Shown piece after piece: positions 17,851-26,168 of a stretch of 64,000 nucleotides of DNA. Below the pieces are notes generated by a model. That model was not told where the DNA came from, ran no database searches, and saw only the letters and a list, made by a program, of their open reading frames with translations. The number at the start of each line of letters is the position of its first letter. The first letter of the stretch is position 1. Source of the DNA: an uncultured delta proteobacterium (GTDB taxonomy: Bacteria; Bdellovibrionota; FAC87; UBA2466); the NCBI GenBank assembly GCA_963778115.1, contig CAVZSV010000001.1:32001-96000 (forward strand). Direction: 5' to 3'. The translations under genes were made by a program, and so were the position numbers.

Positions 17851-19980
17851 GTGACACTCAAAGAATATCGTCGCAAACGAAAGTTTAACCATACTCCTGA
17901 GCCCGATGCCTCAGCCAAAATCCGCCCGGGTAAGGGGCTATTGCGCTTTGTCGTGCAAAAACACCTGGCCTCGCGCGAACACTACGATTTTCGTTTGGAA
18001 TTCGACGGAACGCTAAAGAGCTGGGCAGTTCCCAAGGGGCCCTCTTTAACCTCCCAACAGCCAAGGCTTGCGCTTCACGTCGAAGATCACCCTATTGATT
18101 ACGGCTCTTTCGAGGGAACCATCCCCCGGGGAAACTACGGAGCGGGTACGGTAATGATTTGGGACTGGGGAACGTACGTGGAGCGAAATTCACAAGGGCG
18201 TAAGGACAGTGAAAAAGCGCTTCGAAAGGGGCTAGAGAACGGCCACATCACTTTTGTCCTCCACGGCAAGAAGCTTCGCGGTGAATTTGCTCTAGTCCGA
18301 ATTAAGAGGAAAGGAGCTCCCCCGAACGGATGGCTCCTTATCAAAAAACATGATGCCGAGGCGACACGTGCTGATGTCTTACTGCAAGACCGATCGGTTG
18401 CCACCGGTAGAACCTTAGATGAGATAGAGAACCAAGCCGAAGCTCGAGGAGAGATTTGGCTCCCGGGCAAAGGCCGCAAAGGCACGCGCACGCCCTCTTA
18501 CGCCAAAAACAAACCACGTAAAGTGATCCCTCCAAGGGTAAAGCCCAAAACTAGATCCGAAAAACCAGTTCCGATACCTCGTACTGTTAAGGCTATGGAG
18601 CCTGTCTTTGCCACTTCGGCTCCCGGCAAGCACGCCAAAGACGAATGGGTCTTTGAAAACTTTGGCCGAGGAAGCAGAGCCCTTGCCGAAGTAGACAAAG
18701 CAAGCGCTAGACTTTTTTCGAAATCGCATCTTCCCTTCGCAAAGAAATATAGCGCTATCACTGAAGCTCTAAAAAAATTAAATTGCGAAGTTATTTTGGA
18801 TGGTGAGATCGTTATCGACGGAAAAAAGGAGACCTACTTCATAAGTGATTTGCTTTTCCAAAACGGGAAAGATCTGCGCCCTCTCCCTCTCAAGGAAAGG
18901 AAAAAAGCGCTATCCAGAATGAAGTTTTCCTTTCCCTTGCAACTGACCCCTTGGAAAACAGATTACGCGGCGCTGGACACACTACCACCTCCTTGCGTCA
19001 TCGTTGCCAAACGAAATGACTCTTCTTACCACAGCGGTCTTTCGAAAGACTGGCTTCGTTTTCGAAGTAAGTCCTTTGGAACACCCGCGGAGCAATCCTC
19101 CGAACGCCCTGCTTTAACCCATCTCGACAAAATCTTCTGGCCCGAAGAGAAATATACGAAAGGGGATCTCGTTCACTATTACGAATCGATCGCTGATTTC
19201 ATTCTTCCTTATATGGTCGATAGACCCCAGTCTCTTCACCGACAGCCCGATGGATTAAAGAACGACGGCTTTTTCCATAAGGATATGGCGAGCTTTTTGC
19301 CCCGCCGCATGCAAACCGTTAGGGTGTACTCGGCCTCGTCGGGAAAGACGGTTAATTATGTACTCTGCCAAGACCGCTGGGCTTTGCTGTATCTGGTAAA
19401 TTTGGGCTGTATTGAATTTAATCCTTGGCTCTCCCGTCAGCAAAACTTGGAACACCCTGATTTAGTCGTGATCGATCTTGATCCGGACGGAAATGACTTT
19501 CGAGAGGTCGTAAAAGTAGCTCTCGAGGTCCATCGATTGTTAAATAAGATTAAAGCGGACAGTTACTGCAAGACCTCAGGGGCAAGTGGCCTACACATCT
19601 GTATCCCTACGGGTGGGAAATTTGACTACGACACCGGACGACTTTTCGCCGAGGCCGTTTGTAACGTCATCCATCTTAAGCTTCCTTCGCTAACCAGTGT
19701 CGAGAGAAACCCGGCCAAGCGAAAAGGGCGAATCTATTTAGACTTTCTTCAAAACCGACGAGGCCAAACCCTAGCGGCCGCTTACTGTGTTCGCCCCCGC
19801 CCCAAAGCTACGGTATCGACTCCCTTAAAATGGTCGGAAGTGAAAGCAAGTCTTAGGCCCGAACAATTTACGATTAAGACGATGGCTCGTCGATTAGCTC
19901 GAGTTGGTGATTTATGGAAGCCCCTACTTAGTTCAGCCGTGGATATTGAAGCCTGTATGAAGCGTTTGTCGAAGCTCTAG
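17851..19980 (+). CDS. ligD: LigD-like NHEJ protein: phosphoesterase + degenerate (catalytically dead) ligase + primase-polymerase
   Basis: PE domain 'FVVQKH.ASREHYDFRLE..LKSWAVPKGPS' and Pol domain 'PDLVVIDLDP, KTSG.SGLHI, IYLDFLQN' are intact. Ligase motif I reads WVFENFGRGSR instead of WxFExKxDGxR, and there is no OB domain. Likely start GTG 17851. Confidence 0.9.
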   Translation: MTLKEYRRKRKFNHTPEPDASAKIRPGKGLLRFVVQKHLASREHYDFRLEFDGTLKSWAVPKGPSLTSQQPRLALHVEDHPIDYGSFEGTIPRGNYGAGTVMIWDWGTYVERNSQGRKDSEKALRKGLENGHITFVLHGKKLRGEFALVRIKRKGAPPNGWLLIKKHDAEATRADVLLQDRSVATGRTLDEIENQAEARGEIWLPGKGRKGTRTPSYAKNKPRKVIPPRVKPKTRSEKPVPIPRTVKAMEPVFATSAPGKHAKDEWVFENFGRGSRALAEVDKASARLFSKSHLPFAKKYSAITEALKKLNCEVILDGEIVIDGKKETYFISDLLFQNGKDLRPLPLKERKKALSRMKFSFPLQLTPWKTDYAALDTLPPPCVIVAKRNDSSYHSGLSKDWLRFRSKSFGTPAEQSSERPALTHLDKIFWPEEKYTKGDLVHYYESIADFILPYMVDRPQSLHRQPDGLKNDGFFHKDMASFLPRRMQTVRVYSASSGKTVNYVLCQDRWALLYLVNLGCIEFNPWLSRQQNLEHPDLVVIDLDPDGNDFREVVKVALEVHRLLNKIKADSYCKTSGASGLHICIPTGGKFDYDTGRLFAEAVCNVIHLKLPSLTSVERNPAKRKGRIYLDFLQNRRGQTLAAAYCVRPRPKATVSTPLKWSEVKASLRPEQFTIKTMARRLARVGDLWKPLLSSAVDIEACMKRLSKL

Positions 19981-20051
19981 CACAATTAACCTTCTTGAAT
20001 TTTCGTCAATCCGATCGCATTTTTCTCCGAAAGAGAGACAGGAGAAAACGA

Positions 20052-20693
20052 ATGGCTAAATCGACGACTAAGCACAAAGCGGGTAAAGCGCCTGAGAAAA
20101 AACAGGCCTCTTCCAAATCGGAATTTTTCAAAACGCGCAAGTCTCGGGAAGAACAACAAGAAGCGGGAGATACCATCACCCCACCCGAGGAAATTAAACA
20201 GGCTATCGACGCCTTTCGCGACGCCCAAGAACAAGCCAAGCACTTCGAAGGAGAAGCAACCGTTCAGAAGGATGCCATCACCGATTACTCTTTAAAGGAG
20301 TACACCAAGAGGGTTTTGAAAGGAAAAACTCGTTCGTTTAAACTTTTGGGCGAACAGAGCATGGTCACTTACGTGGTGATGGACGCCAGCGCTGGTATCA
20401 CCGATGAAGAGGTAGAAGCTTTTAAAGAACGTTGGGGGGAGAAAGCCGCAGACGATTTGATCACTAGAGACCTAGCCAGCATTCGCTTTGACAGTGAAGT
20501 GTTCGAAGCCAACTACGATGCCGTGGTCGAGGCTTTGAAAGTCCTTCCTAGTGACGTTCTGGATAATCTCTTCAAACCGATGCTGATGAAAGCCAAACCC
20601 GGTGCGGTGGAAGCAGGAAAAAAATACGCGAAATCCGCCGAAGACTTAAGAGAACTCGTCCGACAGCTTAAAATACGGAATTACATAAGATAA
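20052..20693 (+). CDS. Unknown helical protein in the ligD locus (possible Gam-like DNA end-binding protein)
   Basis: RBS AGGAG, ATG 20052, 213 aa. Basic N-tail, coiled-coil, 'KGKTRSFKLLG..VTY' hairpin-like segment. Function is inferred only. Confidence 0.75.
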   Translation: MAKSTTKHKAGKAPEKKQASSKSEFFKTRKSREEQQEAGDTITPPEEIKQAIDAFRDAQEQAKHFEGEATVQKDAITDYSLKEYTKRVLKGKTRSFKLLGEQSMVTYVVMDASAGITDEEVEAFKERWGEKAADDLITRDLASIRFDSEVFEANYDAVVEALKVLPSDVLDNLFKPMLMKAKPGAVEAGKKYAKSAEDLRELVRQLKIRNYIR

Positions 20694-20733
20694 GACGGTT
20701 GCGCGTTTCCCTAATGTTGCTTATGTTCTCTCC

Positions 20734-21357
20734 ATGTTGGGAATCGATCCTCGTAGCATCTATGCCGAAACCATTTTTACACGGCGGACTGTAGTGATGT
20801 CCTCGGTTTACATCAGAGCGATGCATCCCAAAAGTGAGATTCTACCAGAGCCTGAGGCTATCTCGCGCATCTTGGCGAATGGATGGGTGGGTCAGCTTAA
20901 GATTCACGGACATAGAGCCCAAATCCATATCCCCTCAGATCCTAAAGAGCATCTCATCGCATACACGCGTCAGGGAAAGAGGCACAGTGTTGACCTGACA
21001 CCTTCTATGATTAAAGAGCTCACTCGGCTCTTTAGACCCATTAAAGGTTGGAATGTGATTGACGCGGAATGGCTAAAACCCAGAAAAAAACTTTTTATCT
21101 TCGACTTTCTTAAACAAGAAGGCATTTTGCTTAGGGACAAAACTTACCCCGAACGGTTCGCTCTGCTCCCTCGAGCCTTTCTCTCCCCGCATTTGAGCGT
21201 CTTGCCCTTGCTTCGAGACCTGCCCTCTTGCCTAGAGGCCATGAACTCTAAAGCAGCCCATGTCGAAGGCTTGGTGTTTAAATCCACCAAGTCGACCGGA
21301 TTTTCGGACACTTCCATTATTCGCTGCCGCAAGCGAAAGATGAAGAAAATGGCATAA
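20734..21357 (+). CDS. Stand-alone ATP-dependent ligase adenylation (nucleotidyltransferase) domain
   Basis: Motif I 'GWVGQLKIHGHR', Ia 'YTRQG', III 'VIDAEW', IIIa 'FIFDFL', 'YPERFALL', IV 'EGLVFK'. No OB fold. Start may be ATG 20797. Confidence 0.8.
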   Translation: MLGIDPRSIYAETIFTRRTVVMSSVYIRAMHPKSEILPEPEAISRILANGWVGQLKIHGHRAQIHIPSDPKEHLIAYTRQGKRHSVDLTPSMIKELTRLFRPIKGWNVIDAEWLKPRKKLFIFDFLKQEGILLRDKTYPERFALLPRAFLSPHLSVLPLLRDLPSCLEAMNSKAAHVEGLVFKSTKSTGFSDTSIIRCRKRKMKKMA

Positions 21358-21382
21358 TGAGAGCAATGCTCACTTCCGACAA

Positions 21383-22243
21383 GTGGGCATGGCTAAGACA
21401 TGGGTCGGAATTTCAGGTTGGACATTTCCGGGATGGAGAGGAACTTTTTATCCCAAAGACCTTACCCAAAAGCGCGAGCTGCAATACGCAAGCCGCCAGC
21501 TAAGCTCGATCGAAATTAATGGCACATTTTATTCCCTTCAAAGGCCAGAGACTTTTCAAAGATGGTCCGACCAAGTCCCCGAAAATTTTATCTTCGCCGT
21601 TAAAGCCCCTCAGTACATCACTCATATCCGGCGGCTCAAAGAGGTAGCCGAACCGCTGGCTAATTTTTTTGCCTCCGGACTTCTGTGCCTAAGAAAGAAA
21701 CTGGGGCCCATTCTTTGGCAATTTCCGCCAAACGTGATGCTCAAAGACGATCGATTTGAGAAATTCTTGAGACTTCTTCCTCAGGATGCCAAATCAGCAT
21801 CTCGATTGGCGCGCAAACATGGTAAGAAAGTAGAGGGACGCGCTTTTACCAAAGCCCAGGGTGATTTCAAAGTCCGACATGCTTTTGAGTTTAGGCACAA
21901 AAGCTTTCTCAATAAAGACTTCGTTGACTTGCTTAGAGAACATAATGTCGCCTTCGTTTTTGCCCACGAGGGAGGGGAACGCGCTCCTTACACCGAAGAC
22001 CCAACGGCCGATTTTATCTATGCAAGACTTCACGGTGAAGGCAAACGCTTCAAGAAGGGCTATCCCGATCGCGAGATAGCCGAATGGGCTTCTAAAATCA
22101 GCCATTGGAATCGCAAAGGCCTCGATGCTTTTGTCTATTTCAGCAATGAGGCTAAGGTCTATTCCCCGAATGGGGCGACCAAGTTGCTCAAAAAACTCGG
22201 CGCTGAAGCTGCTCTATCTTCCAAGAAAAGAAAGGCAGCGTAA
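21383..22243 (+). CDS. DUF72 (YecE-family) protein
   Basis: 'VGISGW.FPGWRG.FYP', 'SIEINGTFY', 'FAVKAP.YITH', 'LGPILWQFPP', 'HAFEFRH.SF', 'YARLHG', 'FVYFSN'. Confidence 0.92.
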   Translation: MGMAKTWVGISGWTFPGWRGTFYPKDLTQKRELQYASRQLSSIEINGTFYSLQRPETFQRWSDQVPENFIFAVKAPQYITHIRRLKEVAEPLANFFASGLLCLRKKLGPILWQFPPNVMLKDDRFEKFLRLLPQDAKSASRLARKHGKKVEGRAFTKAQGDFKVRHAFEFRHKSFLNKDFVDLLREHNVAFVFAHEGGERAPYTEDPTADFIYARLHGEGKRFKKGYPDREIAEWASKISHWNRKGLDAFVYFSNEAKVYSPNGATKLLKKLGAEAALSSKKRKAA

Positions 22244-22251
22244 CGCCGGCT

Positions 22252-23199
22252 ATGAATTCCGGGGATCACATCTCGGTCGCTTCCATTAGCGATACGAATT
22301 ATCTTCCTTATCTAGCTGCCTTGCTACAGTCCATCCGTGCGTCAAACCACAAGAGAAAAATCTCCTTCACTTGCATAAGTATGGGGATCTCCCCCACCGA
22401 GCAAAAAAGATTGTGCTCCTTTTTCCAAGACATGGGTGAACTCAAGTTCATCGAATGGGACTTCTCGGCCAATTTTAAGAAGTATCCTCTATTTCATGGA
22501 AGCCACGCTGCCTATGCGAAGATCTCACTGCCCGACTTACTTCCCGAACTGACTCGAGTCATCTACCTCGATGCGGATACTATCGTTCAGGGTGATCTGC
22601 TTGAACTCTGGGAAAAGGATCTCAACGGGCAAATCATTGGCGCCGAAATGGAATGGGGAGGGCGACAGCCCCCCGCCCCGGAGACAAATCACTTTAATTC
22701 GGGTGTGCTCGTTTACGATCTGAGTGCTTGGCGCCAGAACTCCATCTCTCAACAAATAGTAAATTGGCTCCAGAACCATCCCAGCCAGATTCGAAACGCC
22801 GAGCAAGATGCGATGTGGGAAGTATTTGAAGGACGTTGGGCACGCCTCGGTCCTTCGTGGAACGTGACGGGATTTTTTTTCAGTTCCGCCGTTCTCAGCA
22901 CATCCATTTCCAATCGCGAATCCTGTGGCGTTCTAAGTCATCCTAAAATCATTCACTATATGCCATCCAAACCGCTAACTAAGGAATCTTCACACCCCCT
23001 CGAATATCTCTTCTATTCGAATTTTTCAAAAACTCCCTACGGACCGCGGATCTCCTTCTTAACCACGCTTCGTTTGCTACTTCGAAAGGAATTTATCCTC
23101 TTGGATGGCCGTTTCACCCGTTTCGCCCTTACCCGCGGTCTGTCACACCTCGTCGGTAATTTACGCACGCTCCACAAGAGAGTGCTTCATAAGCCGTGA
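22252..23199 (+). CDS. Glycosyltransferase family 8 protein
   Basis: 'RVIYLDAD' DxD motif, 'FNSGVL', 'EQDAM', 'WN', 'IIHY'. Confidence 0.88.
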   Translation: MNSGDHISVASISDTNYLPYLAALLQSIRASNHKRKISFTCISMGISPTEQKRLCSFFQDMGELKFIEWDFSANFKKYPLFHGSHAAYAKISLPDLLPELTRVIYLDADTIVQGDLLELWEKDLNGQIIGAEMEWGGRQPPAPETNHFNSGVLVYDLSAWRQNSISQQIVNWLQNHPSQIRNAEQDAMWEVFEGRWARLGPSWNVTGFFFSSAVLSTSISNRESCGVLSHPKIIHYMPSKPLTKESSHPLEYLFYSNFSKTPYGPRISFLTTLRLLLRKEFILLDGRFTRFALTRGLSHLVGNLRTLHKRVLHKP

Positions 23200-23275
23200 T
23201 TTCACTCTGGCATTAAAGCTGCATCCAAATACACTATTCGAGCCGTGCAAAAACGGAGTTTCAAGGAGAGCGCTT

Positions 23276-23953
23276 ATGTTACGAATCGCGTTTATCTATT
23301 TTATTTTTCTTTGCCCTTCGTCTTACGCATCGGCTTCTCGGGAAACGGGAACCGTATCGCAATATCTGCTCGATCCAGCAGGCCATGTGAATGGAGTATT
23401 TCTAAAGGACGGAACCAGTGTGAAGGTGTCCTCGGAATTAGGGTCTCGGCTCGCCGAATTCATAAAGCCTGGGGATACGATTACGGTCGTACCTGAACAG
23501 GTTGGTCGAGTCACCAAGCAAGGGAAAGAGATCCGAGCCTATTCCGTCGCAAATAACAACACGGGAAAGGCATTAGTCGACAAGCGGGCAGCTGAATCCC
23601 CGAGCTCTTCAAGGTCTCAATCCCCTGTGGCAAGGACTGAAATGTCCGTTACGGGCCGAATTCAGCATTTTCTTGTAGATGAAAGAGGTGACATTGACGG
23701 GGTTATCTTAAGCCATGGATCCCAAGTGAAGATACCACCGGCAGTGGGAAACAATCTGCTGTCGGTCGTTCAGAAGAAATCACAGGGATTACTTACCGCG
23801 ACAGGGTTAGGCACTCGAACGAATCTGGGAACGGTAGTGGTGGGAAGTGCTTTAACGTTCGACGGAATCATCATTTCACAAAGCGGCCCGGCAGATATGC
23901 CACCGATAGGACCTGACTATTCCCATCCACTGCCGCCCCTGCCCGCGGAGTAA
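23276..23953 (+). CDS. Secreted protein with two tandem OB-fold-like repeats
   Basis: RBS AAGGAG, ATG 23276, signal peptide. Duplicated 'G.(V/I)..(Y/F)L.D..G.(V/I).GV.L..G(T/S).VK(V/I)' unit. Confidence 0.65.
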   Translation: MLRIAFIYFIFLCPSSYASASRETGTVSQYLLDPAGHVNGVFLKDGTSVKVSSELGSRLAEFIKPGDTITVVPEQVGRVTKQGKEIRAYSVANNNTGKALVDKRAAESPSSSRSQSPVARTEMSVTGRIQHFLVDERGDIDGVILSHGSQVKIPPAVGNNLLSVVQKKSQGLLTATGLGTRTNLGTVVVGSALTFDGIIISQSGPADMPPIGPDYSHPLPPLPAE

Positions 23954-23960
23954 CCACTTT

Positions 23961-24021
23961 CGTTGCGAGGAGCAGGAGAGACTTGTCCGCCCCGTAGCCT
24001 TGGCATAGGCGCAAGCAGTCC
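23961..24021. repeat. Degenerate REP/palindromic-element-like sequence
   Basis: CGTTGCGAGGAGC...AAGCAGTCC flanks with an internal CTTGTCCGCCCCGTAGCCTTGGCATAGGCG segment (antisense 'RLCQGYG'). Resembles intergenic palindromic repeat families. Only one copy in the window. Confidence 0.3.
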
Positions 24022-24094
24022 GCAGGAGGAGGAGCGTCGTAAAACATGACTCCCCCGTTCTTCAAACTCACGTTATAATTTCCCCAAGCTCCTA

Positions 24095-24691
24095 ATGGAA
24101 ACGCCCCGAAAAATCATCGTCGTAGGAACCAGTGGTTCCGGAAAGACCACTTTTAGTCACTCTCTATCCCAGATTCTCAATCTCCCCCACGTCGAAATGG
24201 ACGCCTTCTTCTGGCAAGCCAACTGGGTCCAAGCTCCGGCCTCGGTCTTTATAGAAGGAATAGACAAAGCCACCGAAGAGAAAACTTGGGTATTAGATGG
24301 AAATTGGGGAGGAAAAGAAGATGATTTCAGAACGAAGATCTTTAGCCGTGCGGATACTTTCGTATGGTTGGACTATTCCTTCTCATTGGTATTTTTTCGC
24401 ATCTTTGTCAGAACCCTCCGTAGAATTCTCCTAAGACAGCCCTTATGGGCCGGCAATCGTGAGTCATTGGTAAGAACCTTCTTTACCAAAGACTCGATGC
24501 TCTTCTGGGTGATCAAGACCTATAAGAGAAGAAAAATTCAATATAGCGCTTTGGTTCATAAACCTTATGCCGCGCATCTGAAAGTGGTTCATTTGAAAGA
24601 TCAAGCGCAAACGACTAGCTATCTAAACCGCTTAAAGCAGTGCCAAGAAAAAAGTACGGCCCTACTTTGCGAAACCGAAGTCGCAAAGTAA
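24095..24691 (+). CDS. Adenylate-kinase-related P-loop protein (FlaR-like)
   Basis: GTSGSGKTT; 'HVEMDAFFWQANW', 'WVLDGN', 'ADTFVWLDY', 'GNRES'. Confidence 0.85.
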   Translation: METPRKIIVVGTSGSGKTTFSHSLSQILNLPHVEMDAFFWQANWVQAPASVFIEGIDKATEEKTWVLDGNWGGKEDDFRTKIFSRADTFVWLDYSFSLVFFRIFVRTLRRILLRQPLWAGNRESLVRTFFTKDSMLFWVIKTYKRRKIQYSALVHKPYAAHLKVVHLKDQAQTTSYLNRLKQCQEKSTALLCETEVAK

Positions 24692-24696
24692 GGCCG
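24657..24696 (-). terminator. Rho-independent terminator of the histone gene (possibly bidirectional)
   Basis: Long stem CGGCCCTACTTTGCGA / TCGCAAAGTAAGGCCG. A6 on the left gives a U-tract on the minus strand, and CTTTT lies on the right. Confidence 0.7.
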
Positions 24697-24721
24697 ACCT
24701 TTTCTAAAAATCGTCCTAAAA

Positions 24722-24919
24722 CTACGGAAGAATAAAATCGTAACTTCGAACGGTCTTGCGTCCGTTCGCTTTGGCGCGCTTGGCGGCCTGTTCTAGAAGC
24801 CAGTTGGCCCAGCCATTAAGTCCGTTCATTGCGTCACCCGACGTATTGCAGCCGTACTTTTTTAAGATCGCTTTTGCTTTGCTCGTGACAATAATGGGTT
24901 CCATTTTCATTTTGGCCAT
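24722..24919 (-). CDS. Bacterial histone (single histone fold, Bd0055/HBb-like)
   Basis: 65 aa 'IIVTSKAKAILKKYGCNTSGDA..L..LLEQAAKRAKANGRKTVRSYDF' has the VTSK.K, NTS and RKTVxxxD histone-fold motifs; strong RBS AGGAGG. Confidence 0.88.
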   Translation of the reverse strand: MAKMKMEPIIVTSKAKAILKKYGCNTSGDAMNGLNGWANWLLEQAAKRAKANGRKTVRSYDFILP

Positions 24920-24986
24920 TGAGATCCTCCTAAGTTGAAGAGAAAGAATAAACTACAGTGACTCGAAATTCTACCGACAAACGGCC

Positions 24987-26168
24987 TTACCGAAAACTGA
25001 AACTCCATTTTCCTTTGCCGCGCCGTGCTTTAATTAACCCCACAGATTTTCTAAAACGCAGATTCAACGGTTCGGAATAGTAAAACGAGATCAGGCCTGC
25101 CGCTAAACAAGACAGGGCTAAAAAGGATAACAATAGGACGGGCTTTGCGTAATAACCCACATCATCCCGCTTAACGGCGAGCTTGATAAAGGCTAAGACA
25201 ATCACATGAAAGAGGTATAGTTCGTAGCTTTTCCTACCCAACCACTGGATGACGCGACTAAATCCGTTTTTCAATGCTCTGCTCTGGTTCCCTGTTTGGT
25301 CCGTCGCTAAAAGCATGCCCCCCGAAGACAGGGCGATAAGCGAAACTCCGTAGACTACATTCTTCATAATACCGCCGTAGCAATAGACGAATACCCATAG
25401 ACTCGCCGAAATTAGAAGAAGGAAATGGAGCATTCGAGGGGAAAGTTTCACCTTGGGTTTAAGAATCGCAACTAGACAACCAATAGCTATGGCATCGAAG
25501 CAGGAAAGATAACCGTAAAGCGCTACTATCTCGTCGGTTCTATGGAAAAACCGAAACACGGGCCCCGCCACCACAAAAAGACCCAGTGCGAATATAATCA
25601 GTACCTCTTTGTGCAGCAAGAGACAGAGGATGGGAAAGGTAAGATAAAACATCTCTTCCACTGAAAGTGACCAAAGAACATTTAGGCAGTAATTGAAGTA
25701 TCCATATTTCGCCATGAGCAAATTGTGGGTAAATGTGGCAATAGAAAGTACGCTGATCCATAAAGAGACCTTACCTGCGTTGTTTGAAAAGATTTGGATT
25801 CCCAGGACAGAAAACACGACCACCATGCCCACCATCAAAGTAACATTGGGAGCAATGCGGGCGAAGCGAAAGGAATAAAATGCTGGCAACTCTATGTGCC
25901 CCAGCGAACCAAATCGTCTCAAAGAGGTCGAGGTAATGAGAAAGCCTGAAATCACAAAGAATAGAGTCACTCCATAGTTCCCATTTACCACAATCGGATG
26001 CAGCAAAAATTGGGGGATAAAGGTCGAAAAAAATCCATCATCTAGATGATAGGCAATTTGAAAATGCCTAATGAGAACCAAAAGGATGGCAACTCCCCGA
26101 AGAAGGTCCACGAACCCGTTTCTACGAGAGGACTCGGAAATTAATTTAGAATTTATAGGGAAGCTCAT
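24987..26168 (-). CDS. Acyltransferase family 3 (OafA-like) membrane protein
   Basis: 'DLLRGVAILLV..H', 'GVTLFFVISGFLIT', 'FY..RFARI.P', 'LWSLSVEEMFY', 'SYELYLFH', 'YYSEP'. Confidence 0.9.
   Translation of the reverse strand: MSFPINSKLISESSRRNGFVDLLRGVAILLVLIRHFQIAYHLDDGFFSTFIPQFLLHPIVVNGNYGVTLFFVISGFLITSTSLRRFGSLGHIELPAFYSFRFARIAPNVTLMVGMVVVFSVLGIQIFSNNAGKVSLWISVLSIATFTHNLLMAKYGYFNYCLNVLWSLSVEEMFYLTFPILCLLLHKEVLIIFALGLFVVAGPVFRFFHRTDEIVALYGYLSCFDAIAIGCLVAILKPKVKLSPRMLHFLLLISASLWVFVYCYGGIMKNVVYGVSLIALSSGGMLLATDQTGNQSRALKNGFSRVIQWLGRKSYELYLFHVIVLAFIKLAVKRDDVGYYAKPVLLLSFLALSCLAAGLISFYYSEPLNLRFRKSVGLIKARRGKGKWSFSFR

Noticed and set aside
19986..20243. Antisense ORFs over the unknown gene after ligD
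   Set aside because: The plus-strand ORF has the RBS and operon context; these are shadows.
10775..24691. Two FlaR-like kinases as a recent duplication
   Set aside because: They differ strongly beyond the P-loop and appear to belong to different subfamilies.
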